Shown: positions 11,801 through 22,196 of the stretch, piece after piece
Layout: every line of letters begins with the position of its first letter
Position numbering within the stretch: position 1 is the first letter of the stretch
IMG/VR virus record: IMGVR_UViG_3300042894_001948
Length of the DNA: 64,000 nucleotides
Origin: a virus
Taxonomy: Duplodnaviria > Heunggongvirae > Uroviricota > Caudoviricetes
Strand: one strand, 5' to 3'
The notes under the pieces: model-generated
Told to the model about the DNA's origin: nothing
Database searches by the model: none
Seen by the model: the letters and a program-made list of their open reading frames with translations, nothing else
Made by a program: the position numbers and the translations under genes

Positions 11801-14800
11801 GAATATGGAATATTTGTAGTACTATATCCGCCGGTACCTATATCACAGAAATCGTGTCCTGTTGCACGACAGGTACTAATACGTGTCGTTACTTGGCCGC
11901 CTACATCAACTGCATACCCAAGTTTTAAAGTATAAGATGATGTTTTACTAAACGGTTTACTAATACCTAAACTATCACCTAATCCAGATGTACTAGTTCT
12001 AACAATTGTAGTAGTACCAGTTCCATATAATCCGGGATTATACGGATAAAATATAACAGCATGGGTAGCATCAGCACTTGAAATTACTTGTACAAATCCG
12101 TTATAAAGTAAACTGCTATTTCCTGCAATTTGGTACCAAGTTCCTGCAGTAAGAGCTGATCCTAATGTTGAATAATTATATGCTACCGAATACCCTTCAA
12201 CACCATTATAAGTAGTTAATGTTGGAAGACCTGTGTTGGCATTAACAATTGTAGCAGCAGTATCTGCACCAAAAACACCAGGATCTCCAGAAAACAACGT
12301 AGTTAATTGTGTAACGGTTTCACCGGTAGATGCAATAGACGTTCTATAAACAGGTGTTGTTAGCTCTATTATTATTACTGCATCACGGTCTTGTGATGAC
12401 CGTGCTGGAGCATTTGGAGCAATACCAATTTGAATAGTTGGCGTAGTTATATAACCCGACCCTGGTCTTATTAAATTAATTTGTGTAATAACACCATTAA
12501 CTACATTACATGATGCAGTTGCTTGTTGAGTGTACGGTTCACCTACTATAGTGATAGGTGGTGGTACAGTATATCCAGTACCGCCATCTGATATATAAAT
12601 TCTTTTTACACTAGCTGCTAATATTGCTCTAATTGGAGACCCGTTTGGTGCCCAACATGACGGACTTACTACAATTTTGTTAGTATCTTTATCAACTGAT
12701 TGAACAATTGTTTCCGAGTTCATATTTGCAGTAGTTGGTGTTTTGATTGATACCAATAAACTAGTACCAGATATAAAATCAGTTTTTACTGCGTTACTTG
12801 GTGATCCTGTAGTTAACGTAAATGTATATGTCGACGGAGTTGATTTTACATAATAGATAATTCCTTTTTCTAATCCATTAGTTGTAGTATTTGACTTAAC
12901 TATATCACCTGTAGATAGACCAGTTTCTGCAATTGTTGTAAATGTAGTACCACTAGCAATAGTTGTTACAATATATTCAGATGTAATGATCATTCCCGGC
13001 ACATACCCTTCAACCGATGGAAGAGTTAAGGTAGTTTGATCTTTTATTGAAGTAACCTGCAACGGAACATTATAATTAGAATTTGAATTTCCGCTAATTG
13101 TAATAAAGCTATCAACTTTTGGTATTAAGTTATCCTTATTGTACGGAATGTTAAATGTTACTAATTTATTAACTGTGCTGTCAACTTGTAATGTACTACT
13201 TGCAAACACCATTGCAGGAATACCAGTTCCGTCTGCAGAATTATTAATAATTGCATTAGCTGAAATTTCAAGATAGCCGTTGTTATTAACACCAAATGTA
13301 ACTTCACTTCCTGCAGTAACAGTACCTACACCATTTAAAACAGTTATACTAGTATGCGTTAAATTTCCTACAGTAATTTCTGAACTTACAACAGTACCAA
13401 TAAATTCAACAGTAGATACTCCGCCAACTAACACTTTACTGACAATAATTGTTCCAGGAACAATTGTTCCCGAATTTCCTGAAACTTCTAATATCTGAGT
13501 AGTGTTGTTATACTCTACACCTAATCTAGATGCTGCAAAAGTCGGAACTACATATTTTAATACACGATGTAATCTACCATTCCATGAAGTGATATATGTT
13601 CCTTTATTGATTTGATCAATAACTGAATCTTGTGTAATACGACTTACTGCTATTTTAGTATCACTAACTTTAGATCCTTGTGTTTTAAATGAGAACGACA
13701 CCGGGCCTGCTGGAGTAATTGTTGGATTTGCAGTTGATGTAGTTACCGACCCTAATGTAATAGTATAAACACTACTTATTGGTCCGGTTACAGTTGATAC
13801 AATTTGTCCTGTAAACCCAATGCCTACAATAGTTTGTCCAGCTTCGATTATTCCGACAACATTATTAACTGTTATTGTAGTACTTGAAACACTACCGGAT
13901 ACGATAGATGCTGTTATATTTGAAGAAGGATCACCATTTACGATGTTAGCAGGGTCAACAATAAAACTGTAATATGCAAAATCATTATCACTTTGTAAAA
14001 TTGCAACGTTTGGATCTAATAAATCACCAGTTGATTCTGTTAAGTTATATGCAACAATACGATATACATCATTTAAGTTGTCATTATATTGTAATGCAGT
14101 TGATGGTCTAGTCGGTTTAACGTTATCAATATTATTAAATTTTACGTTAGTTGTTACACGAATAGTTACTACCTGCCCATGGTACAATTCTTTTGCTAAC
14201 CCAGCCGATGCTGCACTAGTTGAACTTGTTGAAGCAGATAAGTTCAGTTTAAGAACTGTTTTAGTTCCAATTAAAATTGAAGTATACTCAACTGATGTGA
14301 TTGAATACTTAGTAATAATACCGCCATTTACTGTATGATCAATTTCTAATGTAGAACCATTTGTTGGTTTATAATCATAACCACTAATCCACACAGATAC
14401 CGCAGAAGTTGTAGCAGTAGGAGTCATTTCGTTAATAGTTAACCCTTGTTTATACACTATTGCAGTTTGAATCATGTGGTTAGCAAGGTTAGTACTATCT
14501 GGTAATTCAGTAACGTCAAACCCCGACGCCCTCATACCGTAATTACCAAAGGTGTTTGAACAGCCTACGCCTCTTAAGTTACTACCGTTGTTTGCCCAAA
14601 GCCCGGTATGTGCATAATACGTAAATGTACATACTTGTTCAGTAAACGCACCATTTGTTGCAAGAATACCATATGCTAAATCATTAAACATAGCAAAGTC
14701 GTTTGCTAACATAGACCGATTACCGCCAGTTTCTAAATTAATCCGTAAATTAGCACCATTATTTAAGAAAGTAGTAACCGATGATGCAATAGTTGATATA

Positions 14801-17800
14801 TCGGTTAACACTGTACCGTAATCATCTGTATTATCTCCAGTTGGTAATGATGGGAAGTACTGCGGTCCGATAACAAGTGTTAACAATGCACCTGCACCGT
14901 ACCCTGTAGATATATTACTATTTGCAGTTGCAAGGGCAGTTAATGATGCCGGAGTAGATGTAAAGTTGCCAGCAGTTGCTCCTGTTCTTGTAAAACTAAC
15001 TGCAGTTACTGCACCAGTTAACGACACTGCAGTAACATATGCAATTACTCCAGATACTCCGGATACTGTTAATAAATTACCAACTGCATATGTGCCAGTT
15101 TGTGTTCCTGATATAGTTGCAGATACAACTTTACATGGTATAGCAACTGACGGAATAGCTGTCCATGCATGATCAACAACATAATCAATTATTATATCAC
15201 ACAAATTGCCTGCGTTAGTTACATAAGTAGAAGTTGACGTCGGTAGTGTGGTATAAAAGATTTGGCTTACACCGTTACCGGACGATTTAGTAATTACATT
15301 ATTTGCTATAATATCTTGCAATATAGATTTTAAATGAATGTATGCTTGTTTACATAATTCAAGTTCGTCCGGAATAACACTTTGTATATTATTAGCAGTA
15401 TCATAATAATAAAATGAAATAGCACTATCATAAGTTTGACTTGTTCCACCAAAGAAAATGTCATACGTGATAGCATCAATTATGTACCCGGTATCTCTTT
15501 CGCTAGTTAACACGTTATAATTAGCAAACTTACTAATATTATACCCGCTGCTACCAGCAGCAAGCCATGCACTAATTTCTGTTTTAATAAACTCTTTATT
15601 GTTTTGAATAATATCACGAACTTTATTTAAATCACTGGTTGCACTAGTAGGCCAAGTAATAGTAGGTGTTGCATTAACCCCGTTGCTAATCATACCAGTT
15701 ATAATTCTAATATTATTTGATAATAAACTAGTATTTGCAAAGTATAAATTTGCCAATCTTGCAGATTCGTCAATACCTGAAATTGTTAAATCTTTCAAAC
15801 CACCAATTAATAAGCTTGAATACGTTCTTAAAAATGATCTACCTGCATGTATTGATCGATAGTTAGTTCCTAATATAGCATCAGTTATTGCAGCATCAAG
15901 AACAAACCCAACGTCACGTTGTGCTTTTAATAAGTCATAAGTAAGTGCATGGGTAACAGGATCATACATATACGTAGTTGACTTATCTAACGTTAACACC
16001 ACTGTTTTAGTTGATGCATCAAAACTTGCAATATCATCAATCTGATATCGGTTACCACGTACATAGAAAGAGCAAGGTGGTTGTGGCGGTCTAACATCTA
16101 AACCACTATTGTCTTCACCTATTACTGTTACAGTAAGTCCTTGATCTGCAATGTTAGTAATTGTACCATATAATCTACCTGCAAACCCGTCAATCAATTG
16201 ACCACCTGCAAATCTTTTATAGTTATTACTTTGCGAGAAACTAGAACATTCTTGGATGTATGGTGATTTAGTTTTAATGTTACCTTCTGGATCAAGTACC
16301 ATAGCAAATCCGCCATGACCTTGGAATGTCATACCTAAAACCCTGTTTCCTTCATTACATAAAAATACGTCAATTTCTTTATTATTTTTAGGTGTACTGT
16401 TGATATCTAACGGATCAGTTAAGTAATGACGTCCGTAATTGTTAGTATCAAACAATTTCCACGTAACTATTTTAGTTACACCTGCTACAATAACAGAATA
16501 CGGATATATCCCTGGTTGATCAAATGGATAAATTACAGTACAATTCATAGTGTTGCCACTTACTGAATCAATAACTGCTCTTCCTCGTTTTTTATTATCA
16601 GTAGTCGATGTATCAGCAATTACTCTACCAACCCATGATAATAATGCTTGATAGTTACTACCTAATGTAACAACGATCTTATTTGATACACCGTCAAATG
16701 ATGCAGTAATATTGTGTGAAATTACACCGGTACCGTTATTAGTAAACGACACAGCACTTCCATCTTTAACAGATGCAACCTTAAACGTGTTTATTGAAAC
16801 AGGAATTACAAAATACCCTACATTTAATGTTAACCCAGTAGTTGTATTAACTGATAAAAATGTAACTCGATTGTTTAATAAAAATCCATGACTTACTAAT
16901 GTAATTAAGTCGCCGGAATCAGTAAAAGACACGTTAGTTGAAACAACTGGAGAATAATCAGTATAATGAGTCATTATACCGGTACCGTTGTTAGTTAACG
17001 TCGATGCACTACCAGTAATAGACAATTTAACTTTAAATGTGTTTTCTGAAACAGGTATTGCATAATAATCAATATCAGTAGTTAACCCGGTAGTTGTACT
17101 AATAGTTACAAATTTTACTTTTGAATTTAAAATAAGACCATGCGATGCTAATGTAACTAAATCACCGGTATCTGTAAATGACACAAAACTTGATACTACA
17201 GGTGAATCATCAGTTCCGTTATAATTAACTTTACCAATTTCTAGTGCATCAATAATAGAATCACGATAAAAGAACATGTTAACCCATGCACTTTGACTAA
17301 TTCTGTCAATTGGTCGAATAATTGTTCTACGGAATTCGTCACCTTTAATAGAAACGTTAGCGGGTAATCTAATTGGATAATCTTCGTAGTAAATACCACT
17401 TTCTACAAATACTGTAATTTGTAAATCACGAACAGTTTCACCAAATTCTAATTCCTCACCAACTTGAATTACAACAGTTAATGTTGTGCTAGTACCAGTT
17501 GGTATTGCATCTGCAGTAAATGAGAATGTATTAGTCGTTACAGATGATACAACCCATGAACCTGTTGGTGCATTAGTGTTACTACCAGAAAAATTAGCAG
17601 AATTTACAATAATATTTGTTCCTGCAGTAACTGTGTGATTGTTACTAGTAACTATAATATTAGCATTTGAATATGCCCAGGTAACATTAGATAAAATATA
17701 AGATGATGTAAAGAATCCAGGTTTAGATAACCGAACTTGTACAGTATCAACATTTCCTAGTGTACCTACACCAAACTCACCAGGTCCTGTTATCGCAGTT

Positions 17801-20800
17801 GGGGTTTGACCAATACTTAATTCAGCTGTATTTCCAGATGTTAACGTAACTACTGCAGTGCCAGTTGACAACGTAGCAGATAATCCAGTAACTGTTCCAA
17901 CAGTGATTGTAATACTGCCTGCAGTTTTATGATTAACCGATAGTGTAAATTGTGTAAGACTGTCAATTGAGATAATAGTTAACGATGTATCTTGTGCCGG
18001 CACATATTTTACAATTGTGCCATATGCGTCCGATGCATCAACTGTTGATGAACCGACACCAAGTACTACTTTAGCAGGAAAAATATCGTTGTTTGACGGT
18101 GACCCTTGATCAACAAATCCTCTACCACCATTGTTAACACAAACATGCCATATTCCAGTGCCGTATGATGCAACTGGTGCTACGCCGACACCGTATTGAA
18201 GAATATTAAGAACTGTATCAAAACTATTAGTAAATTTTGTTATTGAATCATTTGAATTTAATATACCTGTTCCATTTAATGTCAATGTAACAGAATTACC
18301 AGTTAATGTAGTTAATTTAAAATTATGAGTAGTTGCATTTGCTACATAATAAATTGTATTGGTAACAATACCAGTAGTTGTTGTGATAGATGAGAATGAT
18401 ACTGATGTACCGTTAGTTAGACCATGGCTAGTTAAAACAACTAAATCGCCAATATCAACAAACGATACTGATCTTAATGATGCAACATTTGCTGCTATAT
18501 TACCTTGTACAAATATAGAAGTTGACGGTAACTCGCTTGCATTTGAGAATGAAACAAGCTGAGGCAACGATTGATATCTAACTGCAGTTTCTTTATTTAA
18601 GACCTGCAATGCAACTGTTTTAGCAAATTGTAATCCGTCAAGCGATTGTTTATAATGTGTGCCGCCAACTGCAATAGTTCTTGCACTAGCATTTTTATAA
18701 AAACTTTTTCCTGAATTAATAGCTTGCCATGTTCCGCCTGTTATTAAATCAATACACATTGAATCAATGATAAATCCTAAATCTCTATAACACAACGATT
18801 CATCGTATACAAACCCGCCTGCAAATGTAGTATTAACATACACAACAGTGCTGTTAACAATTGACGTTGAATTGTTTATAATAAGATTTCTTAATGATAT
18901 TGCATTTCTATACATATCATTTGTATCATTATTAGTAAATGTATCTTCGTTAACTAGCGTTATTGTAGGGCTGGCAACAGTTAAAAAGTTAACAACTTTG
19001 TCAACTTTATCGTTAATTAACGCAGTTATTGCAGATAGTTGAGGCGCAGTGCCGGAATAATTAGCAGTAATTTGTGCAGTAGCAAAAGTTTTTACACGAT
19101 TAAAAATGTTTGTTGTACCGTTGGTGTTACCTGGTGCATCGCCAACTTTTGTATATTGTTGACTTGCTCGATATAATGCCGAATCTCCACCAAACGTTAT
19201 ATCATATAACAACGCAGTTACAATATTTTGTAATTCCTGAACCATCTTTACTCGATCATAAGTAACGCCGTAAAACAGTTCTCCAATATCTCGATTATCA
19301 TATACATACAATTCGGTGTTAGTAGCAATATTGTTAATGATACTATATGTAAAAATTGATCTAGTTTGATCAATCATTGCTGCAGTAATAGTTTGATTAG
19401 TGTTAACTTTTATATTTGAACTTAATGCAGGAAACGTTGGTAACGTTGTTGGAACTTTACCAGATTGTATAATATCGGTTATAACTTTGAATAATCTTAT
19501 AATTTTAGTTTGTTTAATCTCAGTATCAATTACTGGATAAAACTTATTCATAAACCAAGATGTAGATGTAGTAGGTCCGGTTGTATACACAGCAGTTGTA
19601 TTGCCAATACCGGTATAGACTGTTTGCAAATCACTATTGCCGGTTGTAATATCTGGGTATGTAGTAGACACTGGCACATTTGCAATATCAGTTAAAATAT
19701 CTGCAATTAACGTAATGTTTGACGAAACTGACAACGACGCAACTATACCATTAGATAGTGTATCATTTCTATATTGTCTTACAGATTGCTGATATGATAC
19801 GTTTAATGTACCGTTTTTAATAATTGATTGTGCTAATACGTTGACATGTCTAATTGCTGCAATACATGCTTCTGATTCTGAATCTTTAATAAAATTAGAT
19901 GATGCGTTAGCCCAAAATTGTTTTCCAGCATACACACTTTGACTATTACCGCCGTATGTTAAATCGTATACTAAACTCCAAATAATATATTTTATATCAC
20001 GATTGCTTAACGCTCTATCATAAATTACATTTGGATATTTTGAACTTAAAAACGACAATGTTTCAGCTTGAATAAATGCAATATTTTCTAACAATAACTG
20101 TTTAGCTGATGCATGCCCAACTAGATCATACCCTACTGCTGGATTTGCAGGTAATGGATACTTTACTGCAGGCAATGTTCCGTACAGTACGTAGTTACGA
20201 ATAACGTTAATATTTGAAATAATTAAACTTGTTTTTGATGCCGCTGGTAGATTACGAATTGCCGGTGTTAACATTAACAAGTTGATTAAATTTTTACGAT
20301 CTATGGTACCAGTTGCACTAAATCTTCCAGCATTTAATTGTAATGTAGTATTTGAGAACGAAACTGAAGTAAGGGTTGATCTAGTAACTACAAACGAAAC
20401 AACTGCACTGTTATTAAATGAAGAAATTGTAACCGCATCAGACGCAATATCTATACCAATTAGAGATGCATTAATAAGAATCTCACTTGCTACTGGATAC
20501 AAAATTGATGTTTGTGTGTTAAAGAATAATGTTATTTGAGATCCGTCACACTCTGCTGATTTAATAGATATTGGATTAATAATTAACATAGATGCTAATT
20601 GTTCAGCACTTATATTAGTACCAGCATTTTTAAATGCAATTGCTGTTTGAACACTTTGATAATTTGATTTAAACAATGCATCGTACTTAATTGCATTAAT
20701 TAATTGTAAAGTATATGCTTGTAATGCAACTGTGTTATATGAGAAATCGATAATTTGATCTCTTATAAAGTTAACAGTTTCGACCCACTGAATTAAACCA

Positions 20801-22131
20801 TCACTAGTTGGATTATCGTGAACATAACTTACACCTTCCCAGTATGAATTGTAATTAGTACCCGACGTAGCAGAATCTGGATTAGATGCGCCTAGCACTA
20901 AATCGGTTCCGATATTTGTTAATAAAACATTAATCTTATCTTTAAGTGTATTAGTGTCATAGGCAAACGGATTAACGTATTTTTTATTAATATACGCAAT
21001 TGCTTCTGCTTGAATAAAACCTTTGTTTGCTTGTAATAAATTAAATGCAGCAACATACCCAGAATCGCTAGAATTTCCACCAGTTAACGACACTTTTTGA
21101 ATTTTTGAAAAATACTGATCAGCACTTATCGTATAGGAAATACGTTGTTTGTATGGGCCTGGTTCTTGACTTGCTACATTAATTAATGACTCTGCATGTA
21201 ACATTGCAGCACCGACCGACCTAAAAGCGTAATTCCAAAATCTACCTTCTTTACCTGCAGGAGTTTGTGATTGTAAATCATCGCCGCTAGTTGCTACGTA
21301 TAGATTAACATTACTTGAAAATGTTTTTTTATCAACATAAAACGCAGTTGCGGCTTGTAAATCATCTTTATTATCAATACCAACTATACCTGCTAATTCT
21401 TTTGGATGATCATGTAAATACAGCGGCCCTGTCATAGTATCACCACCGCGGTATATTGTATTCTTACGAGGTAGTACTTCGGATGGCAAATAATTACTAG
21501 TTAATGTTGAATCGTATGTGCTTCCTGCAGATGTATCAGGTGCAATCGGTTCATTACGCGCACTTACTGGACCTGGTACAATTGAACCGTTTGAATCTAC
21601 TATACCTATAGTACCGTCTTCTGTTAATCTTACATAATTTTTATTTGCATAACCAACGTTAACTACTAACTCGTCAAGTGTAGTTGTAACATTAAGAGGA
21701 GCCCATAAGGTGTTAAATGATTGAACTAATGCATCGCTTGGATCCGGAACTCTTCCGATAGGAAACCCATTTGCATTAAACGGATATTTAATTTCAGGAG
21801 TTTCATCTTCTGAAAGTTGAGATGCTTTTGATGATATAACGATCGACGTGTCAGTGATATTAATGTCAATAAACTTATTACCTTTAACTAATTTTCTAGC
21901 AGTTAAACTGGTACCAGTTGCATTACCCATAATAATTTGATTTCCAACTAATACATCATTTACTGTTGAATAATCGCAACCATCTGCTAAATCAGAAAAG
22001 GTAATACGGCCGCCTTGGTTAAAAATTGCATATATTTCAGTAAAGTTTGCATTAACTTTACGAAATGCGTCTCTTATACTATCACCAGTGCCGTCGTTGC
22101 CTTGTACACCGATTTGAATTTGTTCTTGCAT
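8851..22131 (-). CDS. Giant virion fibre/adhesin-like protein (4426 aa)
   Basis: Single 13.3-kb ORF. AAGGAG sits 5 nt upstream of the ATG at 22131. The N-terminus (GNDGTGDSIRDAFRKVNANFTEIY) resembles fibre N-terminal attachment motifs. It contains one copy of the ~100-aa VQVISSADATHAV… domain and three copies of a ~72-aa repeat. Confidence 0.8.
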   Translation of the reverse strand: MQEQIQIGVQGNDGTGDSIRDAFRKVNANFTEIYAIFNQGGRITFSDLADGCDYSTVNDVLVGNQIIMGNATGTSLTARKLVKGNKFIDINITDTSIVISSKASQLSEDETPEIKYPFNANGFPIGRVPDPSDALVQSFNTLWAPLNVTTTLDELVVNVGYANKNYVRLTEDGTIGIVDSNGSIVPGPVSARNEPIAPDTSAGSTYDSTLTSNYLPSEVLPRKNTIYRGGDTMTGPLYLHDHPKELAGIVGIDNKDDLQAATAFYVDKKTFSSNVNLYVATSGDDLQSQTPAGKEGRFWNYAFRSVGAAMLHAESLINVASQEPGPYKQRISYTISADQYFSKIQKVSLTGGNSSDSGYVAAFNLLQANKGFIQAEAIAYINKKYVNPFAYDTNTLKDKINVLLTNIGTDLVLGASNPDSATSGTNYNSYWEGVSYVHDNPTSDGLIQWVETVNFIRDQIIDFSYNTVALQAYTLQLINAIKYDALFKSNYQSVQTAIAFKNAGTNISAEQLASMLIINPISIKSAECDGSQITLFFNTQTSILYPVASEILINASLIGIDIASDAVTISSFNNSAVVSFVVTRSTLTSVSFSNTTLQLNAGRFSATGTIDRKNLINLLMLTPAIRNLPAASKTSLIISNINVIRNYVLYGTLPAVKYPLPANPAVGYDLVGHASAKQLLLENIAFIQAETLSFLSSKYPNVIYDRALSNRDIKYIIWSLVYDLTYGGNSQSVYAGKQFWANASSNFIKDSESEACIAAIRHVNVLAQSIIKNGTLNVSYQQSVRQYRNDTLSNGIVASLSVSSNITLIADILTDIANVPVSTTYPDITTGNSDLQTVYTGIGNTTAVYTTGPTTSTSWFMNKFYPVIDTEIKQTKIIRLFKVITDIIQSGKVPTTLPTFPALSSNIKVNTNQTITAAMIDQTRSIFTYSIINNIATNTELYVYDNRDIGELFYGVTYDRVKMVQELQNIVTALLYDITFGGDSALYRASQQYTKVGDAPGNTNGTTNIFNRVKTFATAQITANYSGTAPQLSAITALINDKVDKVVNFLTVASPTITLVNEDTFTNNDTNDMYRNAISLRNLIINNSTSIVNSTVVYVNTTFAGGFVYDESLCYRDLGFIIDSMCIDLITGGTWQAINSGKSFYKNASARTIAVGGTHYKQSLDGLQFAKTVALQVLNKETAVRYQSLPQLVSFSNASELPSTSIFVQGNIAANVASLRSVSFVDIGDLVVLTSHGLTNGTSVSFSSITTTTGIVTNTIYYVANATTHNFKLTTLTGNSVTLTLNGTGILNSNDSITKFTNSFDTVLNILQYGVGVAPVASYGTGIWHVCVNNGGRGFVDQGSPSNNDIFPAKVVLGVGSSTVDASDAYGTIVKYVPAQDTSLTIISIDSLTQFTLSVNHKTAGSITITVGTVTGLSATLSTGTAVVTLTSGNTAELSIGQTPTAITGPGEFGVGTLGNVDTVQVRLSKPGFFTSSYILSNVTWAYSNANIIVTSNNHTVTAGTNIIVNSANFSGSNTNAPTGSWVVSSVTTNTFSFTADAIPTGTSTTLTVVIQVGEELEFGETVRDLQITVFVESGIYYEDYPIRLPANVSIKGDEFRRTIIRPIDRISQSAWVNMFFYRDSIIDALEIGKVNYNGTDDSPVVSSFVSFTDTGDLVTLASHGLILNSKVKFVTISTTTGLTTDIDYYAIPVSENTFKVKLSITGSASTLTNNGTGIMTHYTDYSPVVSTNVSFTDSGDLITLVSHGFLLNNRVTFLSVNTTTGLTLNVGYFVIPVSINTFKVASVKDGSAVSFTNNGTGVISHNITASFDGVSNKIVVTLGSNYQALLSWVGRVIADTSTTDNKKRGRAVIDSVSGNTMNCTVIYPFDQPGIYPYSVIVAGVTKIVTWKLFDTNNYGRHYLTDPLDINSTPKNNKEIDVFLCNEGNRVLGMTFQGHGGFAMVLDPEGNIKTKSPYIQECSSFSQSNNYKRFAGGQLIDGFAGRLYGTITNIADQGLTVTVIGEDNSGLDVRPPQPPCSFYVRGNRYQIDDIASFDASTKTVVLTLDKSTTYMYDPVTHALTYDLLKAQRDVGFVLDAAITDAILGTNYRSIHAGRSFLRTYSSLLIGGLKDLTISGIDESARLANLYFANTSLLSNNIRIITGMISNGVNATPTITWPTSATSDLNKVRDIIQNNKEFIKTEISAWLAAGSSGYNISKFANYNVLTSERDTGYIIDAITYDIFFGGTSQTYDSAISFYYYDTANNIQSVIPDELELCKQAYIHLKSILQDIIANNVITKSSGNGVSQIFYTTLPTSTSTYVTNAGNLCDIIIDYVVDHAWTAIPSVAIPCKVVSATISGTQTGTYAVGNLLTVSGVSGVIAYVTAVSLTGAVTAVSFTRTGATAGNFTSTPASLTALATANSNISTGYGAGALLTLVIGPQYFPSLPTGDNTDDYGTVLTDISTIASSVTTFLNNGANLRINLETGGNRSMLANDFAMFNDLAYGILATNGAFTEQVCTFTYYAHTGLWANNGSNLRGVGCSNTFGNYGMRASGFDVTELPDSTNLANHMIQTAIVYKQGLTINEMTPTATTSAVSVWISGYDYKPTNGSTLEIDHTVNGGIITKYSITSVEYTSILIGTKTVLKLNLSASTSSTSAASAGLAKELYHGQVVTIRVTTNVKFNNIDNVKPTRPSTALQYNDNLNDVYRIVAYNLTESTGDLLDPNVAILQSDNDFAYYSFIVDPANIVNGDPSSNITASIVSGSVSSTTITVNNVVGIIEAGQTIVGIGFTGQIVSTVTGPISSVYTITLGSVTTSTANPTITPAGPVSFSFKTQGSKVSDTKIAVSRITQDSVIDQINKGTYITSWNGRLHRVLKYVVPTFAASRLGVEYNNTTQILEVSGNSGTIVPGTIIVSKVLVGGVSTVEFIGTVVSSEITVGNLTHTSITVLNGVGTVTAGSEVTFGVNNNGYLEISANAIINNSADGTGIPAMVFASSTLQVDSTVNKLVTFNIPYNKDNLIPKVDSFITISGNSNSNYNVPLQVTSIKDQTTLTLPSVEGYVPGMIITSEYIVTTIASGTTFTTIAETGLSTGDIVKSNTTTNGLEKGIIYYVKSTPSTYTFTLTTGSPSNAVKTDFISGTSLLVSIKTPTTANMNSETIVQSVDKDTNKIVVSPSCWAPNGSPIRAILAASVKRIYISDGGTGYTVPPPITIVGEPYTQQATASCNVVNGVITQINLIRPGSGYITTPTIQIGIAPNAPARSSQDRDAVIIIELTTPVYRTSIASTGETVTQLTTLFSGDPGVFGADTAATIVNANTGLPTLTTYNGVEGYSVAYNYSTLGSALTAGTWYQIAGNSSLLYNGFVQVISSADATHAVIFYPYNPGLYGTGTTTIVRTSTSGLGDSLGISKPFSKTSSYTLKLGYAVDVGGQVTTRISTCRATGHDFCDIGTGGYSTTNIPYSIYGDPALARNPAHETLDEGVGRCFYVSTNQDGIFRVGRFFSVDQGTGTVTFSAKISLSNIEGFGFSRGVVVNEFSSDSSLTNNASEIVPVQSAVRGYIDKRLGLDHGGSLMPFTSIIGPGFLPLNGITAMNGPINMNGEHRITGLNGPAVDSDAATKGYVDTQISSKDAVSKLGDVKVTGTPQSAQVLSYVIGPTDSGLSTEYKWRNKTIIGDITLSVVSETISGITYYNLTSIIGAGKIVNSMVSSTAAVDQSKLALTAAPTASTVPSSFVQANLGVASFNSNQFNATYGWIDLKNNGVALGKLAAISTGNVLGNNSGSSVAPTEISFGTVVTGGDGITNAVFGSGTTALTNYVMLASYNGTTTSQNTYSLIATTTTNDLRNRIVKTGDVGDINAEQYKIDGSKIIDTIGAGAAETIKVVFTTPGSSDFLTAVGNGTNLAPVVVKVLGTLDVSGNTINASTLNYSGTNLTGTISGSWTLPTGSTFDARQGTFRSSGAGLEASDTRPKVKPTVMFDFANSRTLDPRITFTRESIGTYYDMSGVMKVAIANQPRFTYNTVTRMSSGLLIEESRTNYIRYSALFTLGAITDATTWYDTRISRDPLSGVVAPDGTTAIKFTADSGTTALAPATIMFQSAPASSGTPRTFSIWIKRVSGTGSIQYTMDPNTEVTVSSEPSWYTIPVTTTLTRYDFTDNTSDHGVGIKLETAGDSIVMWGAQLEDGGMVTSYIPTVTTIVTREADTVYVGGTNFSRWYNQNEGTILISQAATAIDKSIIVKDYGGVFIENVNQSTTIAVGGLTTGTSSMIYKAVGKTNTSTTQFNLSSITTAVLNNEVTHAVAYRSTLLPVVITASASTTTTTTFTSIAVINGIFPGASIAVTTGVGSYPAGTYVVSVLGNTLVTSQAPSTTLSASVVITVTNAIVSYISNGDNATLVTDSSSDIVDSVNPMQRLNIGNETGAQTISKIAYYPVRLNDAEITAITTQ
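11990..12290 (-). repeat. Single copy of the ~100-aa VQVISSADATHAV domain, shared with the 2529-aa gene
   Basis: The protein segment …YSVAYNYSTLGSALTAGTWYQIAGNSSLLYNGFVQVISSADATHAVIFYPYNPGLYGTGTTTIV lies about aa 3300-3400. DNA near 12020-12105 is ~80 % identical to the blocks at 6238-7165. Confidence 0.6.
16716..17193 (-). repeat. Two adjacent copies of a ~72-aa repeat (F.D.GDL.TL.SHG…TTTGL…YY.IPVS.NTFKV…NNGTGI) in the 4426-aa gene
   Basis: Protein repeats sit at aa ~1647-1722 and 1733-1805. Matching DNA blocks ('taccggtaccgtt(g/a)ttagt(t/a)aacg…') are visible near 16730 and 16980. Confidence 0.55.
18255..18468 (-). repeat. Third, more diverged copy of the ~72-aa GDLV.L.SHGL…NGTGI repeat
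   Basis: aa ~1222-1292: VSFVDIGDLVVLTSHGLTNGTSVSFSSITTTTGIVTNTIYYVANATTHNFKLTTLTGNSVTLTLNGTGIL. Confidence 0.5.
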
Positions 22132-22166
22132 TTACGTGTCACTCCTTGTGTGAGAATGTTATTTGT

Positions 22167-22196
22167 TTGTGGTATTTATCAAAAAAATTTTATAAT
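22167..22196 (+). promoter_or_regulatory. Candidate sigma70-like promoter (TTGTGG-N18-TATAAT) upstream of a small zinc-ribbon gene
   Basis: TATAAT at 22191-22196 with an imperfect -35 about 18 nt upstream. Weaker than the other promoters in the window. Confidence 0.3.

Noticed and set aside
8851-22131. Possibility that the 4426-aa protein is a giant virion RNA polymerase (crAss-like)
   Set aside because: No DxDGD-type catalytic aspartate motif or recognisable RNAP segments were seen. The composition (S/T/N/G/V-rich, low charge), the internal Ig-like repeats and the fibre-type N-terminus all fit a structural fibre.
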